The notes beneath the pieces are model-generated. The model did not search any database and was not told where the DNA came from. It was given only the letters and a program-made list of their open reading frames with translations. Shown here piece by piece: positions 8,322 through 17,106 of a DNA stretch of 53,122 nt. The DNA is from an uncultured Clostridia bacterium (GTDB taxonomy: Bacteria > Bacillota > Clostridia > Oscillospirales > Acutalibacteraceae): contig CAMJOD010000001.1 of the NCBI GenBank assembly GCA_946407465.1, positions 1 to 53,122 of the forward strand. Reading direction: 5' to 3'. Made by a program: the position numbers and the translations under genes. Position 1 is the stretch's first letter; every line of letters starts with the position of its first letter.

Positions 8322-10037
8322 ATGGCAGAGCAATATGAACAATATAATGTGGTGGTGATTGATTCGTCGCTCTTTCCGTGCAAGCTGAACGACGAGATGA
8401 TGAACTGCCTGAAAAGCGCCAGAAGCATTTATGTGTCGGGCACCTTCCACTCGGAAATACGCGAGCTGAAGGAGCTGCTCTCCGAGGAGGACAGAAAAAA
8501 CTGCGACAGCAACATGAAGCAGCTCAATACGATCATTCATCCCAAGGTGATGAATCTCAGCGCGTATCCGGAGCTGAACAGCGATATTTGGGATTTTTTG
8601 GAGCTGTGTTCCACCAGACCGCACGCGGACAAAATGCTGATTATCACCGCCAACCGGCTGCTGCTGCAGCGCGTGGTATGCAACCATTTTCCGATGGATA
8701 TTTATAACCTCAACACGAATCACTACCTCAGCCACAAGCTCTATCCCACCATTGAGCGCCACTACACGGTCGATAACAACGACACGCCGGTCAGCGCCAA
8801 GGCTGCGGTGCGCTTTGGCAAGGGCACGCGTCTGTATGCGGAGCGCCGAAACGGCAGGCGCAGCGAGCCGGTCGTGCTGGGCGATATGCTCGGAGACGGT
8901 CAGGGAGGCGAGGGAAATGTCTATCACCTCACCGGTGAATTTGCCGGAGAGGTGGCAAAAATCTACAAGAACGGTCAGTTTCCGACCAACAAATATATCG
9001 CCACGCGCGAGATGGTGCAGAACCGGCGCTTTGGGGAGATTGTCTGGACGGCGTTTCCGGCAGGTATTCTGTACGCCGACAGGGGCTTTACGCAGCCGGT
9101 CGGCATCATGGAGCGCTACACCGAGACCCACAGCAGCCTGTATGACGACGAGCTGTTTTTCGGCGACACAGGCAACTGGACGCCCTCGCTGCTCAGCGTG
9201 CGTGTGTCGGATTTGCTCTATCTGTGCAAGTGCGTGACGCGCCAGATTTGTTATCTCAACATGCTGGGCGTGACGGTTGCCGATTACAATATCAAAAACT
9301 TTGACTATCCGCTCTCGCAGCGCCAAAGCAGCCGCAGCGGTCTCGACTTTATTCAGATGTGGGACTCCGACAGCTTTGGCTACAACAATTATTTCAGCGG
9401 TTATATGGCGGACGTCAACCGCAAAAACTACGACATTAAAAAAAAAACCGATATTCTGGATTTGTGCAACGACGAGCTCTACAGCTTTTTGTTCCAGATT
9501 TTGACGCTCGGCGACAACCCCTACAATCCTGTCACCGGCAGATTTAACTACGAAAACGACAGCTATTATCAATATGCGCGAAAGGACTTTGTTCCGACCT
9601 CGCTGTGGAACGCGTTTGAGGCGTTTTTTACCGGCAAGTCCAAGGCGTCGCCGCAGATGATGCTCCATCTGCTGCACGAGGAGCTGGAAAGGCGCCTGCG
9701 CACCGGCGAAACTGACGTCACCTACAGGGAGCTTGTCAGCAGAATCGACGCCGGCTTTTTTGATGAAGCCGCCGACGCCGTACCTCCTGTCTATTCACCG
9801 GCGCTCAATTTTTTTCCGTATGGCAACCGCGTTATACCCGAGGTGAACGGAGGAGATAACGGTCAGCCTCCCGAGACAGGCGGCACATCCGGCAAAGGGC
9901 AGGAGCCGGGTGAAATCGCAGATACGGGCAAGGAGTCCGGCTTGCCGGATAAGCCAAGGCGCAAGCTCGGTTGCCTGACCGCAAGTCTGATTGCCGTTGC
10001 GGTTATGGCGCTCGTCATACTTTTACTTTTCTTATAA
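8322..10037 (+). CDS. YegI-like Ser/Thr kinase with N-terminal PIN-like domain and C-terminal TM helix
   Basis: GQGGEGNVY, VAKIYK, VADYNIKNF and WDSDSF motifs; hydrophobic C-terminus; AAAGGAG RBS before the ATG at 8322. Confidence 0.82.
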   Translation: MAEQYEQYNVVVIDSSLFPCKLNDEMMNCLKSARSIYVSGTFHSEIRELKELLSEEDRKNCDSNMKQLNTIIHPKVMNLSAYPELNSDIWDFLELCSTRPHADKMLIITANRLLLQRVVCNHFPMDIYNLNTNHYLSHKLYPTIERHYTVDNNDTPVSAKAAVRFGKGTRLYAERRNGRRSEPVVLGDMLGDGQGGEGNVYHLTGEFAGEVAKIYKNGQFPTNKYIATREMVQNRRFGEIVWTAFPAGILYADRGFTQPVGIMERYTETHSSLYDDELFFGDTGNWTPSLLSVRVSDLLYLCKCVTRQICYLNMLGVTVADYNIKNFDYPLSQRQSSRSGLDFIQMWDSDSFGYNNYFSGYMADVNRKNYDIKKKTDILDLCNDELYSFLFQILTLGDNPYNPVTGRFNYENDSYYQYARKDFVPTSLWNAFEAFFTGKSKASPQMMLHLLHEELERRLRTGETDVTYRELVSRIDAGFFDEAADAVPPVYSPALNFFPYGNRVIPEVNGGDNGQPPETGGTSGKGQEPGEIADTGKESGLPDKPRRKLGCLTASLIAVAVMALVILLLFL

Positions 10038-10058
10038 AATTGCAAAGGATAGATTACT

Positions 10059-10826
10059 ATGAGTCAAACAGGAAGATTCGGCAACACCAGCAAGCGGCTC
10101 CCGATTGTGTTTTGTCTGGATGTTTCGCCCTCGATGAACTGGGACGTGGACAACAGCGACATTATTCCGATTGAGCTGCTCAACGATTCGGTCAACACCT
10201 TCATTCGCGAAATCAACAGCGACGGCAGAACCAAGTCGTCGGCAGAGGTGGCGTATGTGACCTTTTCCACCAATATCGAGGTGGATTCGCAGTTTATGCC
10301 GGCGCGCAATCTGGACAACATCCACCTCAAAACCGTCAGGGAGGGCGGCACCAACATGGCGCAGGCGGTGCTGCGTGCCTACGAAAAGCTGGAGCAGCGC
10401 GTCGCCATGTATGAGCAGATGGGACTGCGCTACAATGTTCCGTTTTTTGTGCTGGTGACAGACGGCAACCCAGATGATAATGATGACAACGAGCTGCAAA
10501 AGCGCGCGATAGAAACCGTCAACGCCCACTGCCATTCGCACCACGGCGCAAGCGGCATCATCATTCCGTTTATCGTCGGCGTCGGCAGCCGTGTGGACAA
10601 AAATACCCTGCTGCGCTATTCGGAGGGCTTTACCAACGGCTTCTTTCACATCAGAGGTAATTCCGAGCAGGTGCAGACCTGCTTTGCGGACGTGTTCCGC
10701 GTCATCAGCAACAGCACCAAGGCGAGCGTTCACCTGAATCTGTCCGCCGGAGAGATTGTGGAGACCATTCGCACCACCATGAACAAGGGTGTGGAGGAGC
10801 TCGACAGAGAGCTGGCGAGATTATAA
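10059..10826 (+). CDS. terY: TerY-like vWA domain protein (copy 2)
   Basis: RLPIVFCLDVSPSM, GGTNM, VLVTDGNPD; paralog of 6531-7316. Confidence 0.87.
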   Translation: MSQTGRFGNTSKRLPIVFCLDVSPSMNWDVDNSDIIPIELLNDSVNTFIREINSDGRTKSSAEVAYVTFSTNIEVDSQFMPARNLDNIHLKTVREGGTNMAQAVLRAYEKLEQRVAMYEQMGLRYNVPFFVLVTDGNPDDNDDNELQKRAIETVNAHCHSHHGASGIIIPFIVGVGSRVDKNTLLRYSEGFTNGFFHIRGNSEQVQTCFADVFRVISNSTKASVHLNLSAGEIVETIRTTMNKGVEELDRELARL

Positions 10827-10846
10827 TACCGCATCGGGGTTTGCTT

Positions 10847-12322
10847 ATGAAAAACTGGAAATACGCGTTTTACCGGCAAACGGGACTCAGCCACGGCGTC
10901 TGTCAGGATTCTGTGGACGTCTATGCGGATGATACGCGCATGATCGCCTGCCTTTGCGACGGTCTCGGCTCGCTGAAAAATTCCGATGTGGCAGCGGAGG
11001 AAACCGTCAAAAATGTGATAGATTTGTTTCGCGCCGTTCCGAACGCGCCGACGCCTCAAACCGATTTGGCGCCGTTCCGGCGCAAGCTGACGGCGGAGCT
11101 GCAAAGGCGGCTCAAGTCGGCTGCGGCAGAGAGGAATATGGCGCCGGACAGCATGGACTGCACGCTGCTGTTTGCCTGCCTTTTCCTAAAGCAGAACATG
11201 GCAATGATCGGCTGTCTCGGCGACAGTGCGCTCTGCGTTATCCGCGACGACAAGGCGCCTGCACTCTTTTGCGACAGCGACTTTATCGGCACGCGCGCCG
11301 TGCTGGACCATGACGCGGCGGAGCATTTGCATTGCAGTGTCCTTCCGCTCGACGGTCACGTCAAAAGCATTTTGCTGACCTCCGACGGACTGGAAAACGA
11401 AATCTACTACAAGGGCTTGACCTATGTCGCCAAAAATACAGAGCTGTATCTGAACGCCATGCTCAGAGACAAGCCGGAAGCCATCATGCAAAAGCGCATT
11501 GAGGAGCTGACCGCTGCCGGGGACACTGTCTTTGACGACGATATCAGCGTGGCGGTTCTTTCCTGCATGGACCGCCCCATACGGCTGGAGGACGAGCCGA
11601 CATGGCCCTGTGTTTGCGGCGCCGAGAATTTGTTGGTCGATACCTTCTGCACCGAATGCTCGCGCGATTTTCTGGATTTGTATAAGAATATAGATTTCAA
11701 AGGCGACAGAGCAGGCTTTTTCCGCTATATCCGCCGCAATCCGAACGCCAGACAGGCGCTGATGAGCTCTATTTCCGACGGTAGCGTTCCCTTTACTCCC
11801 GAAATACGCCCTCAACCGGCACAGCCGCAGCCGCCGGAGCAGACTGCGCCGCTTCAACTGACCGACAGCCTTGCGCCGGAGCCGCCGGTGACGCCGCGGC
11901 GTGTGGAGGCAAAGAGCGCCAAAAAAAACAACACCGTGATGCTTGCCGTTGTGGCGGCAGCTGTTGTGGCTTGCGCCGCACTGATGACAGTGCTCTTGAT
12001 GGCGCTGCTCCGCAACGGGCAGGAAGAAGCCCAAAATCCGGAGCCTGCCGTTACCGCAGTCGCCAAGCCGCCAACGCCAACGAAGCACCACGAAAAAAAG
12101 CCGACGGAAAACGAAAAAAGCACAGAGAGTGAACAGCCGACGGAAAGCAGTGTGCCCGACGATTCGAGCGTGGGTGAAAGTGTCAATCCGGAGGAAAATC
12201 CATTGCCCGAGAGCTTGGAGGAAATCCTTTCGGGTGCAGAGGGCGGCTGTCACGGCTATAATTCCTATAATCCTTACGATTCCTATGATTTCTATAATGA
12301 CCGGAACGCTTACGGACAATAG
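10847..12322 (+). CDS. PP2C-family phosphatase with zinc finger, Pro-rich linker, TM helix and acidic tail (copy 2)
   Basis: CQDS, LCDGLGS, LGDS, LTSDG, DDISV; WPCVCG...CTECS; TM segment VMLAVVAAAVVACAALMTVLLMALL. Confidence 0.87.
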   Translation: MKNWKYAFYRQTGLSHGVCQDSVDVYADDTRMIACLCDGLGSLKNSDVAAEETVKNVIDLFRAVPNAPTPQTDLAPFRRKLTAELQRRLKSAAAERNMAPDSMDCTLLFACLFLKQNMAMIGCLGDSALCVIRDDKAPALFCDSDFIGTRAVLDHDAAEHLHCSVLPLDGHVKSILLTSDGLENEIYYKGLTYVAKNTELYLNAMLRDKPEAIMQKRIEELTAAGDTVFDDDISVAVLSCMDRPIRLEDEPTWPCVCGAENLLVDTFCTECSRDFLDLYKNIDFKGDRAGFFRYIRRNPNARQALMSSISDGSVPFTPEIRPQPAQPQPPEQTAPLQLTDSLAPEPPVTPRRVEAKSAKKNNTVMLAVVAAAVVACAALMTVLLMALLRNGQEEAQNPEPAVTAVAKPPTPTKHHEKKPTENEKSTESEQPTESSVPDDSSVGESVNPEENPLPESLEEILSGAEGGCHGYNSYNPYDSYDFYNDRNAYGQ

Positions 12323-12348
12323 AAAAACGGCAGATAAACCGAACAGAC

Positions 12349-12390
12349 AAACGCTGTATTTTGCATGGATGTGCAGATACAGCGTTTTTT
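12349..12390 (+). terminator. Intrinsic terminator after the TerY-P unit
   Basis: AAACGCTGTAT...ATACAGCGTTT hairpin ending in a T-run. Confidence 0.7.
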
Positions 12391-12522
12391 ATAATATACA
12401 TAATTGATGAAACGTGCGGATTTGTTGATTTTGGAGAAAAATCCTGCCTTTTTGTCAAAAATTCTGCGTTGTAAATAGATGTGACCCATTTTATGTAAAA
12501 ATAAAAGCAACAATATGGTAGA

Positions 12523-13752
12523 ATGTTTTTTCGCTTGAGCGAACAGGAACGGCAAGAGCACTATCTGGCAAAAAGCACTTCGGATATATTAAAGAGAAAA
12601 AAGCTTGCATTCGGCACCGCACATATGGCGGTGCTGGAGGACGACGGCACCGTCTCCGCCTACGGCGACAACAGCCGCGGACAGTGCGAGGTCGCGGCGT
12701 GGCGCGATATTCAAAAAATCGCGGCAGGTGATTTTCACACCGTCGGGCTGAAAAAGGACGGCACCGTCCTTGCCGCAGGCGACAACACCTACGGACAGTG
12801 CAACGTCGGCGAATGGAGCGGCGTTGCGGAATTGTTTGCCGAAAGGAACCTCACAACCGCCTTTACACAGGACGGCGCCATGCTGGTCGCCGCCGCAAAG
12901 CCGGAGGCAGTGCAGGCAAAAAAAGAAAACGAAGAGGCAGCACGCAGAGAGCAGGCGTTTGCCGCCAAAAAGGAACAGGAAAAGCTGCTTGCCGGCGTCA
13001 ACGCGCGAACGGCGGCGCAAATCTGCGACCGCATGGAGGCGCTGCTGAAGCAGCAGCAGTCCGTCTCCGAAAACAACACCGCCCGACTGGAGCAATTGCT
13101 GAAAAGCAGCCTTGAAAAGCTGGTTCACGAGGTTGCCGCGGCGCCGCAACAGCAGCCGTCTTTGACGCCCAAGCAGCAGAAGCATGTGCCGCCGTCAAAT
13201 TTCGGCTACAAAATCGTCAACGGGCAGGCGTATATTTTGAGCTATACGGGCGACGAACGCGACATGGTGATCCCCGAAACCATCGAGGGCGCGCCGGTCA
13301 CGATGATAGAAGTGCGCGCGTTTGAAAACGACACCTTTATCGAGCGCGTGGTTTTGCCGCCGAGTCTGCAAATCATCCGCAAATACGCCTTTCGCGGCTG
13401 TGAAAATCTGCGGAAGATAGAGATTCCCGGCAACTCCGAGCTCAAGATCATCGGCGAGTGCGCGTTTGAAAAATGTGAAAAGCTCGTCGGCACGGCGGAC
13501 AGCCCGTCCCAAAAGCGGCTGGTGCTGCCAAACGGCATACAAAGCATCGCGCGCTGGGCGTTCGCTCAGTGTCAGTCGCTGCATACCGTGGTGGTTCCCG
13601 AGTCGATACAGACCATCGGCTTCGGTGCGTTCAGCGAATGTACCTCGCTGGACAAGCTCTGGCTTCCGCAGGGAGCACAGAACCGCCTGGGCAGGCTCGA
13701 CCTGATCGTAGACCGCCTGAATTGCCTGCAATGGGGCACGCCGGCTGTTTGA
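12523..13752 (+). CDS. RCC1-repeat + coiled-coil + BspA-type LRR (LRR_5) protein
   Basis: AAGDFHTVGLKKDGTVLAAGDNTYGQC repeats; IPETIEG..VTMI...AF and LPxSLxxIxxxAF repeats; start codon uncertain. Confidence 0.8.
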   Translation: MFFRLSEQERQEHYLAKSTSDILKRKKLAFGTAHMAVLEDDGTVSAYGDNSRGQCEVAAWRDIQKIAAGDFHTVGLKKDGTVLAAGDNTYGQCNVGEWSGVAELFAERNLTTAFTQDGAMLVAAAKPEAVQAKKENEEAARREQAFAAKKEQEKLLAGVNARTAAQICDRMEALLKQQQSVSENNTARLEQLLKSSLEKLVHEVAAAPQQQPSLTPKQQKHVPPSNFGYKIVNGQAYILSYTGDERDMVIPETIEGAPVTMIEVRAFENDTFIERVVLPPSLQIIRKYAFRGCENLRKIEIPGNSELKIIGECAFEKCEKLVGTADSPSQKRLVLPNGIQSIARWAFAQCQSLHTVVVPESIQTIGFGAFSECTSLDKLWLPQGAQNRLGRLDLIVDRLNCLQWGTPAV

Positions 13753-13851
13753 TATACGGGCGTCCAAAAAGATGCCTGCCTGCCAATATGTTTACTTCTA
13801 CTACACAGATCCGTCTGACCGTGCCGTCGGAGAAAGGGTGAGACGAACACT

Positions 13852-15456
13852 ATGTTTGATGCGAACAAAGGATTTTTTTATCTGGTTTTCGCCAACACGG
13901 ATGATTGTTTCTTTACAGAATCCTACATCAAAATGGATTTTGAATCCACTATCAAAATGCACATGCTCGAGAATGATTTCCGGCATATCTGCCTGTTCGG
14001 AAGGGCGCCGCTCTCGTGCGATTACGCCTACCGCCTCGATTACCGCGGCTCGGCATATATCAATCCGATCTCGTTTATCAAAAAGAAGATGAAGTGGCCG
14101 TTCGATGTCAAGCACAAATATATGGCGGACGTCGATGAAAGAAACGAGGAAAACGGCGTCAAAAGGGGACATGCGGAGTTTAACCTTGCCTTTCTTCCGG
14201 AGATTTTGCAATATATGTTTGAGGTCATGGAGAACGAGCGTGATATTGCTGTTGTCTGTCCGCTCAAGATCTGGGCGGAATGCTGCGGTGAGGAGCCGTT
14301 TTTGAAAAAGCTGGCTTCCTGCCGTTCGCACGCCACGCACAACATCGTGGTGCTGACGAGCAGTGTGGACGCGTCGGAAAACGACGTCTATTTCCGCAAT
14401 CCGGCTTATGAGCTGGACGCACCTGCCGAAACGGCGTCGCTGCCGTTCTTTTTTAACGAAAAGCTCTTTCCGTATATGGTCAGCAAGTTCAACAACGGCT
14501 TTTCGAGCACGCCAAAGCTGGTGCACACCTACGACGCGCTGCAGGAGGTTTTTGCCGACCGCATGCTCGTCCTCAATGATCTGAGCTACGAAAAACTGCG
14601 CACAGCAGTCAAATATATTTTTATGCGCCGCAGCGGCGGAAACTTTTTCTATTCGCCCGATCTGTATGCGGCGGTCATTTGGGCTTGGTACGAAAATCCC
14701 GGGTTCAAAGACAAGTATGCCTTCCTGCATCTGCCTGCCAATCCGTTCCGTTCCATGCGGGTCATCACGGACTATATCGGGCGCTACAACATCACCGGCA
14801 TCGCGGATGTGATCATCCGTCAGGAGCAGGCGTGGCAGGTGCGCGAATTTCTTGCGCGCTGGAAATGCGCGGAAAAATGTCCCTCCATCGTCTACGAAAA
14901 CAGCGCCTCGCAGGACAACCACTGCAGCGCGATCGTAGAGATGATCATCGCCTACAAAAAGACGATGAAACGGCACGAGGCGATTTTGGGCGACACCGGC
15001 GCGGCACAGATGAACCGCATCATGCTCTTTTTCAGCAATCCGTCCTACACCTCCTGCCACAACAAGGTCATGCTGCCGCACAAGCGCTTTGCCGAAGAGG
15101 AAAACAAAACCGTTATCACCCAAATGCTCAACAAGCTCCGCGATCAGACGGAGTGGAACAGTTGGGAGGAGGGCGCCATGCTGCTGCTGTACACGCTGTT
15201 TGAGCAGTGCTACCGCCAGTCCAAGGCGATGTGCAGCATCGACCAGTACAACGAGCTGGGCAGATCCGTGTTCGAAAAAGCGCTGCAGGCGATGCAGTAT
15301 TGCATGTACCGCGCGGAGGATGTCTACGGCACCATGGACGAACTGAAGCTGGCGGCAAAGCGCGCCAATCAGTTTGTGATGGAGGCACAGAGCATCCTGA
15401 GCAGCGGCAACAACAAAAAAATCAGAGATTATGTGATATTAAAGGGGGTATCGTAA
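13852..15456 (+). CDS. Hypothetical protein
   Basis: 534 aa ORF with RBS-like GAAAGGGTGA, 3 nt before the next gene; no family recognised. Confidence 0.75.
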   Translation: MFDANKGFFYLVFANTDDCFFTESYIKMDFESTIKMHMLENDFRHICLFGRAPLSCDYAYRLDYRGSAYINPISFIKKKMKWPFDVKHKYMADVDERNEENGVKRGHAEFNLAFLPEILQYMFEVMENERDIAVVCPLKIWAECCGEEPFLKKLASCRSHATHNIVVLTSSVDASENDVYFRNPAYELDAPAETASLPFFFNEKLFPYMVSKFNNGFSSTPKLVHTYDALQEVFADRMLVLNDLSYEKLRTAVKYIFMRRSGGNFFYSPDLYAAVIWAWYENPGFKDKYAFLHLPANPFRSMRVITDYIGRYNITGIADVIIRQEQAWQVREFLARWKCAEKCPSIVYENSASQDNHCSAIVEMIIAYKKTMKRHEAILGDTGAAQMNRIMLFFSNPSYTSCHNKVMLPHKRFAEEENKTVITQMLNKLRDQTEWNSWEEGAMLLLYTLFEQCYRQSKAMCSIDQYNELGRSVFEKALQAMQYCMYRAEDVYGTMDELKLAAKRANQFVMEAQSILSSGNNKKIRDYVILKGVS

Positions 15457-15459
15457 GAC

Positions 15460-17106
15460 ATGGTAAATCTCGGCATGGACTTCGGAAGCACCTATACGAT
15501 GGTTTCCATCTTTGAAAACGGCGAGCCGAGAACGGTGCAGTCGAGTCATCTGATGTTTCACTATCCGTCGATCGTGTGCTATGACGAGGACAAAAACAAG
15601 TATTTTTACGGGACCTCTGCCAGAGACAGGCTCGGCAAAAAGGGCATCATCGGCTTTCGCGGCTTCAAAATGCTGCTCAATGAGCAGATGGATCCCCAAA
15701 TGCTGCGTGAGCGCAGCTACAGCGACAAGCATACGCCGGAATTCATCACGTCCTTTTTCCTGCGCTCGGTGCTTGAAAACACGCTCAAAAAGCTGGGCGA
15801 GGACAAGATCGGGCTCTTGGTCATCGGCGCTCCCGAGTGCTGGTTCCAGAGCATCCGCACCATAGACGCACGCGGCACCCTGCGCGACATCTGCATGGGC
15901 TTCAAGGATATCGTCGAGCGTGTGGAGCTGCGCAGCGAGCCGACCGACGCGGCGGCGTTTTGCGTGTGGAACTACGAAAAAAAGAACAAAAAACAGTTTG
16001 ACGGCTCTATTCTTGTGGTGGATTACGGCGGCGGCACGCTGGACACCGCATTGGTGAGCGTGAACCATATCGAGGACAAGGTGCAAATCAAGCCGGAAAT
16101 GCTCAGTGGTATCGGTGAAAACAGCGACCGCGAGATCGGCAAGGCAGGCATCGCCTACCAGGAGGCGGTGGTGCGCAAGGCGATCAGCGAGGCGCTCGGT
16201 GTGCCGGAGGCGCAAATCAACACCAATCCGTCGTTTGACCGTGCTGTCAAGGATTTGGAGGACGCCCTCATCACCGACTGCGAATTGATCGACGACACCT
16301 TTGCCGATTATGTGGCGACGCCGTCGCAGCTAAAGGACGAGATACTGCTCTCCGTCAAATACAACGGATGGGATGTAGACATCGATTTTGCTCAGATGAA
16401 GCAGGCGTATGACGAGACCATCCGCAGCCAGCTGCAGCGCGTACTGGAGGAATCCAGCCGCGAGCTGGGCGAGGGCGAGCAGCCCTATCTGGCATTGGTC
16501 GGCGGCTTTTGCAACTTCTATCTCGTGCGAGAGCAGATCCAGGATCACTTCAAGCTGGGCGGTGTCAATTCAAAAGTCAGAACATTATTTCACAAGGAGG
16601 AGGACCGCGAAAAGGCGATCGCCTACGGCGCGTGTCTGATCGCCAACAGGGTGATCGACGTGTGCTGCGTTGCCAACTTCGGCATCGGCATGTATATCAA
16701 ATTCAGCAACCGCGACAAGGTATTCATGCGCTACGCCATCAACTACGGTCAGGAATATATCCCCGACAAAATCTATTTTGCACGGGACAAGGACGGCACC
16801 ATCGCGCCGATGATCCTCACCGAGGCGGACACCTTCCTGTTGAATTTCAATAAAAATCCGGAGCTGGGCTTTCCTGCCCGTCCGAAAGAGAGATTTGCCG
16901 CCGCGCTCAACAAGGCAAAGCACGACTCCATTGCCGTGGTCGGATTTTCCATCGACGCCGCCGAGCGCATCAGCGTGCATATCTTCAACTACAGCTACGA
17001 AGCCGGAGACGACGGCTACGGCAACACCATTCAGCCGGCTGCCGTCATTTCGCTATCCACCTTTAAGGGCAGCTTTGACAATATGGTAATTCCGAAGAAG
17101 GGGTGA
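15460..17106 (+). CDS. Hsp70/DnaK-like actin-fold ATPase (divergent)
   Basis: LGMDFGSTYT, EPTDAA, VVDYGGGTLD, LVGGFC and AIAYGA motifs; non-canonical C-terminal domain. Confidence 0.88.
   Translation: MVNLGMDFGSTYTMVSIFENGEPRTVQSSHLMFHYPSIVCYDEDKNKYFYGTSARDRLGKKGIIGFRGFKMLLNEQMDPQMLRERSYSDKHTPEFITSFFLRSVLENTLKKLGEDKIGLLVIGAPECWFQSIRTIDARGTLRDICMGFKDIVERVELRSEPTDAAAFCVWNYEKKNKKQFDGSILVVDYGGGTLDTALVSVNHIEDKVQIKPEMLSGIGENSDREIGKAGIAYQEAVVRKAISEALGVPEAQINTNPSFDRAVKDLEDALITDCELIDDTFADYVATPSQLKDEILLSVKYNGWDVDIDFAQMKQAYDETIRSQLQRVLEESSRELGEGEQPYLALVGGFCNFYLVREQIQDHFKLGGVNSKVRTLFHKEEDREKAIAYGACLIANRVIDVCCVANFGIGMYIKFSNRDKVFMRYAINYGQEYIPDKIYFARDKDGTIAPMILTEADTFLLNFNKNPELGFPARPKERFAAALNKAKHDSIAVVGFSIDAAERISVHIFNYSYEAGDDGYGNTIQPAAVISLSTFKGSFDNMVIPKKG

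Noticed and set aside
6789-9677. 962-aa minus-strand ORF
   Set aside because: Antisense shadow of the vWA/PP2C/kinase genes with no motifs. It spans three genes only because they share a reading frame.
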